Positions 33,901 through 36,206 of a DNA stretch of 36,206 nt are shown piece by piece. How positions within the stretch are numbered: position 1 is the stretch's first letter; each line of letters begins with the position of its first letter. The notes beneath the pieces are model-generated. The model worked only from the letters and a program-made list of their open reading frames with translations. It made no database searches and was not told where the DNA came from. Both the position numbers and the translations under genes were made by a program. The DNA comes from a virus (lineage: Duplodnaviria > Caudoviricetes): positions 1 to 36,206 of the IMG/VR virus record IMGVR_UViG_3300017702_000289; one strand, 5' to 3'.

Positions 33901-36206
33901 TTGTGCCGACCGAGCGGATGGCGAGCAACCAAGATGCCGCCCTGTGGCTGGAGGATCAGTTCGAGGGCGAAGCTATAACCGATCACACGACGGTGCTGAC
34001 GACCGAGCAGGTCGAGGAGATTTCCACGATCATGGCGGCGGAGGCGCAGCTCGCTCTTGAGAGCACGGGGAGCGCGCTCGACTGGTATTCCGGTGCCTTG
34101 ACCCGTGCGCTCAATGTCGCGCAAGTGAAGTACCCGATGCTGGCCGACGACAGCTCCGCAAAACAAGCCGGGTTTGGGACTGCCTCCAACGCTCGGTTCG
34201 CCTTCACCTACATTATGGCAGTCACATCGCAGAACCTCGATGTCGCCGCCAACTCGGTCGCGACCGATAAGGCGTTTGAGCAGATGGTCGACCGCGTCCA
34301 GAACGGCGTGCATAGCATGGACCGCGCGTGGGGGACCGGCGACAAACAAGAAGCCATGGGCGACAACTTCGATAAGTTCGGACCCATGATCGAGGCGATG
34401 CCCGGCGAGAGCTTCCCCGACAAACTGGAGGCCCTCGACGCGCTGTTCCGGCAGAAGAAGACCGTCGGCGAGTGGGTCAAGGACATGAAAGCCGCCGGTG
34501 TTCCGTACAATGCGCCGGGGCAAACGAACAAGGACGCCATCGTCTATGGCTCCTCGGCCCTCGGCCCGAAGATCGGCAACGGCTTCTGGCAGAACTTGAA
34601 CGGCAACTTCGAGCCGATGACCATCGATTTGTGGATGCGCCGTACATGGGGGCGCTATGTCGGCGCAAGTATCGGGAACCCCGGTGCGCTGCCGGGCCAG
34701 CGGGCGCGGCTGAAGGAAGCACTGAAGCGCAGCAGGTCGAAGCAGCAGGGCGACCCGGATCATATTGCCGAGGCGAAGAGCCACGTCGAGTTCCTGCAGG
34801 ATTATCTGGCCACGGTGGAGAAGAAGCCGATTGCCGAGTTCGGCACCAAGAAGGCGCGGACTGCAGAGGTTAAGCGGCTCAAGGCTCAGATCAAGGTGGG
34901 TATAGAGGTCGTCGCCGATCTGGAGAACATCAAAGCCCCGGAAAGTTACAAGGCGGCATACGACAATGATAACGTGGCGCTGGTCGCCTACAGCAAGCGC
35001 ATACTGACCGTCTGGGAAAAAGAGTACGCCCGGCTCAGCAAGAAGACCAAGGGCAAGGTCGCCAGCACGCTGACGCCGACGTGGGCGCGGGCGGCCAAGA
35101 CGGTGATCACCAACTTGGCCAAGCCCCTCGATCAGGTGGCAAACGGGGCGCAGCGCAAGCAGATCGAAGCGGTTGGCGCGCGCGCTCTTGAGAAGCTGTC
35201 GGCGCGCGGCATCGACGTCACGACCGCCGATTTGCAGGCCTTGCTCTGGTATCCTGAGAAGGATTTGTGGGGTGCGCTGACGAAAGAATTAGAGACAGAT
35301 ACTGATAATATTGCTATAATTCCACCTAACCCTTTGAACGAGAGTTACGACACTGCGTTCGGACGCATACTGAGGAGCCAAGGACATGACGTCCAAGGAG
35401 CTGAAGGAGATACAGGCGGAGGAGCTGGAGGCGGAACCGTCTCTGGACAAGATGCTCGACCTCAAGAACCCACAGGTTCTGAAGGGGCTGGGCAAGCTGG
35501 CCGCGCAGGCGCTGAAGGAGCAGCAGAAGACGTAGGCTTCGAGCAGGCGTCTACTTTAGCCGTTGACGAGCAGGGTACGCCTCTAGTCGGGTTCCACGGC
35601 ACCGCCGCAGATATCCAGTCATTTAAACCTAGCTTAAATGGTAACCTCGGACCGGGATTTTACGTCACGCTCGACGCGGAAGCCGCTAACTTGTTTGCAG
35701 AACGAGCGGCGCTGAGGGACGACGCCGACACAGGTGCCAACGTATTACCGCTGAATATCGCCGCGTCCAACATCCTCGACACAGGCAATCTGTCAGCCGA
35801 AGACATCGCTGCATTACAGGCTGCTATACCGGACAGCCTACAGGGATGGCGGGATCAGTATCCCAGTTATGCCGCCTTCGAGGACGGAAAGTTCGAGGAC
35901 AGTGGTATCGAGGGAGACCTTGAACGGTTCCATGAAGACTTGTCCAAAGGGGGGTTCAACCCCGGCAGGCTGGCCATATTCCTTGGCCTAGAGGGTCTGG
36001 ACGAGAGCGTGACCATCATGGGAGAGGTGCTTAATGCTGCTGGCTACGACGGCGTATCCAGACGCAGTGATGCTTTGAGAGGAAAGCCAGCATTTACAGA
36101 GATTGCCGTCTATAAGGCATCGCAATTAAAATCTGCCTTCAACAACGCACCTACCACGACAAGCGACAACATCTTAGAGCAAACCGGGCCAGCCGCCCAG
36201 CCGCGC
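30930..36206 (+). CDS. large polyvalent internal virion protein (more than 1759 aa, 3' end outside window)
   Basis: ATG at 30930 directly after the upstream TAG; translated by hand with no stop to 36206; helical/hydrophobic N-half followed by effector-like modules. Confidence 0.9.
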   Translation, partial: MADGFDFGTAPETPEALSVAPDTASDAGVSQFDPLLPPEISKHLKSFGSGVGNDLETKTLEMAPAATDELPDIETATFDFDAPPLPPIDPVAQLRASQQLQTPQFDAEGVPVPGSIAEERGLKQAAESRAVMQNFDLTADIDGNLLALSRHVADTVGGFTMVEDENGNLVKRYLRMTPEMVQTMHPSQLKVMLERQDVQLALKVDSVVRKRLAEDAEMMAIFRGEIPILLAAEGAMATSQRLKGLGPKGERSQTPFQEVTGLVVDDTMGVIAGIGNAIKRGNLMQGAAKDVADAFTFLELGETEDAVQQLMEAAAAMKTAGGLKRSDLANEMLDLIKKLDKLEFGEGLAELTVMIKENPAEAAVLINEVMAEQIQPLLLSAAATAVGTPVAGVAVNMATTFAQEQFAFSDEALKNIKDKHGYDLNTEKGIRDFVADEAAKQDFLAFGVKRAIPITAAQAASFGLLRVLARANVARTVKVATALAGEVATEGSAEWLAQMWSKGHYLLSDVVLEAMASGHPVTVGLEAYVSGAADLNDFRQAKAVKVWLESGKATSEEIKGIPTEKLSAAADVLADKLRAEGIERVFIPADQLVGFDQDGSVTETLGLTSEAVRQAAAAGQDVSIDAATYIRHILGADGFDALQRHTRFDEAGMTAAEAEAYEADDVGGQIQEQMRQLALQRVGVGVHIDEASLTQLNEDSESIRGQVRDALEATGVYTGAKADLFAQITAQRYATRAVRHTEATGQPVDAMSLFLADNLQVQGDAAVQAAQGFEQFDQDNEGRAEGDFSPEHVDLLESLEDVSVDDAFFNFDEDFEDKAFWITPGGKIVAAERPGVHAHLVREIAPELVRGASQDQIADNFMNDTGAIRFVALNDDSGAPAELFLKMHDKKLTQEQRRTIGKMVNQSADGVQVIAERFDVDNGTVVLSEQLSGRDAKGALHAGRRGEGAVFNQDAEHSLASAQRLLKDDIAALGLTEEQAAKISPIYRPEVVPTERMASNQDAALWLEDQFEGEAITDHTTVLTTEQVEEISTIMAAEAQLALESTGSALDWYSGALTRALNVAQVKYPMLADDSSAKQAGFGTASNARFAFTYIMAVTSQNLDVAANSVATDKAFEQMVDRVQNGVHSMDRAWGTGDKQEAMGDNFDKFGPMIEAMPGESFPDKLEALDALFRQKKTVGEWVKDMKAAGVPYNAPGQTNKDAIVYGSSALGPKIGNGFWQNLNGNFEPMTIDLWMRRTWGRYVGASIGNPGALPGQRARLKEALKRSRSKQQGDPDHIAEAKSHVEFLQDYLATVEKKPIAEFGTKKARTAEVKRLKAQIKVGIEVVADLENIKAPESYKAAYDNDNVALVAYSKRILTVWEKEYARLSKKTKGKVASTLTPTWARAAKTVITNLAKPLDQVANGAQRKQIEAVGARALEKLSARGIDVTTADLQALLWYPEKDLWGALTKELETDTDNIAIIPPNPLNESYDTAFGRILRSQGHDVQGAEGDTGGGAGGGTVSGQDARPQEPTGSEGAGQAGRAGAEGAAEDVGFEQASTLAVDEQGTPLVGFHGTAADIQSFKPSLNGNLGPGFYVTLDAEAANLFAERAALRDDADTGANVLPLNIAASNILDTGNLSAEDIAALQAAIPDSLQGWRDQYPSYAAFEDGKFEDSGIEGDLERFHEDLSKGGFNPGRLAIFLGLEGLDESVTIMGEVLNAAGYDGVSRRSDALRGKPAFTEIAVYKASQLKSAFNNAPTTTSDNILEQTGPAAQPR
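33990..35280 (+). other. HhH-GPD glycosylase-like domain within the large virion protein
   Basis: A.DWY, AVTSQN..V..N, GPKIGNGFWQNLNGNFEPMTIDLWMRR, ADLQALLWYPEK. Confidence 0.55.
35292..35320 (+). promoter_or_regulatory. intragenic sigma70-like promoter with operator-like site
   Basis: GAGACA-N17-TATAAT with extended TGn; AT-rich patch; GACAG-ATA-CTGAT at 35294-35306. Confidence 0.65.
35386..35535 (+). CDS. nested +1-frame 49-aa ORF inside the large virion gene
   Basis: GAGGAG..AAGGA RBS; MTSKELKEIQAEELEAEPSLDKMLDLKNPQVLKGLGKLAAQALKEQQKT; GC3-rich codons in this frame while the host frame reads as a Gly-rich linker. Confidence 0.7.
   Translation: MTSKELKEIQAEELEAEPSLDKMLDLKNPQVLKGLGKLAAQALKEQQKT
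35562..36182 (+). other. ART-PolyVal-like ADP-ribosyltransferase domain within the large virion protein
   Basis: VDEQGTPLVGFHGT, LGPGFYVT, GANVLPL.I, AGYDGV, EIAVY...QLKS. Confidence 0.8.

Noticed and set aside
31019-35495. Many short and minus-strand track ORFs across the last 5 kb
   Set aside because: Shadows of the single long + strand ORF from 30930; they lack RBSs and recognisable motifs

Overview
The window is most of a GC-rich podovirus-like phage genome, probably infecting an alphaproteobacterium (inferred from the GTA-type holin, a conserved alphaproteobacterial-type secreted protein and promoter style). It starts with the end of the late operon: a tail-associated protein and a cluster of small membrane/lysis genes (6-1668). 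A leftward early/replication arm follows (11987 to 1702): ArdC, an ART-fold protein, SNF2 helicase, a low-GC MT-A70 methyltransferase, Cas4-like nuclease, SSB-like protein, family A DNA polymerase, wHTH protein, DUF6378-like protein and small ORFs. A divergent control region (about 11820-12160) carries three palindromic RTCAG-N3-CTGAT sites. The rightward arm holds a primase-helicase, an origin-like CTAC-rich hairpin region, RuvC-like resolvase, a GIY-YIG/TerS fusion, TerL and a BPP-1/epsilon15-like head-tail module. It ends in a virion/ejection protein of more than 1759 aa (30930 to the window end), missing from the ORF track because it has no stop codon here. Its C-terminal part is a string of effector-like modules (unnamed domain, HhH-GPD-like domain, ART-PolyVal-like ADP-ribosyltransferase). 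Best candidate for a new system: inside this gene lie a sigma70-like promoter overlapped by a copy of the early-region palindrome, an RBS and a +1-frame 49-aa ORF directly after the glycosylase-like module, resembling a nested, early-regulated immunity/inhibitor gene for an injected effector. All family assignments come from motif recognition by eye, not database searches.
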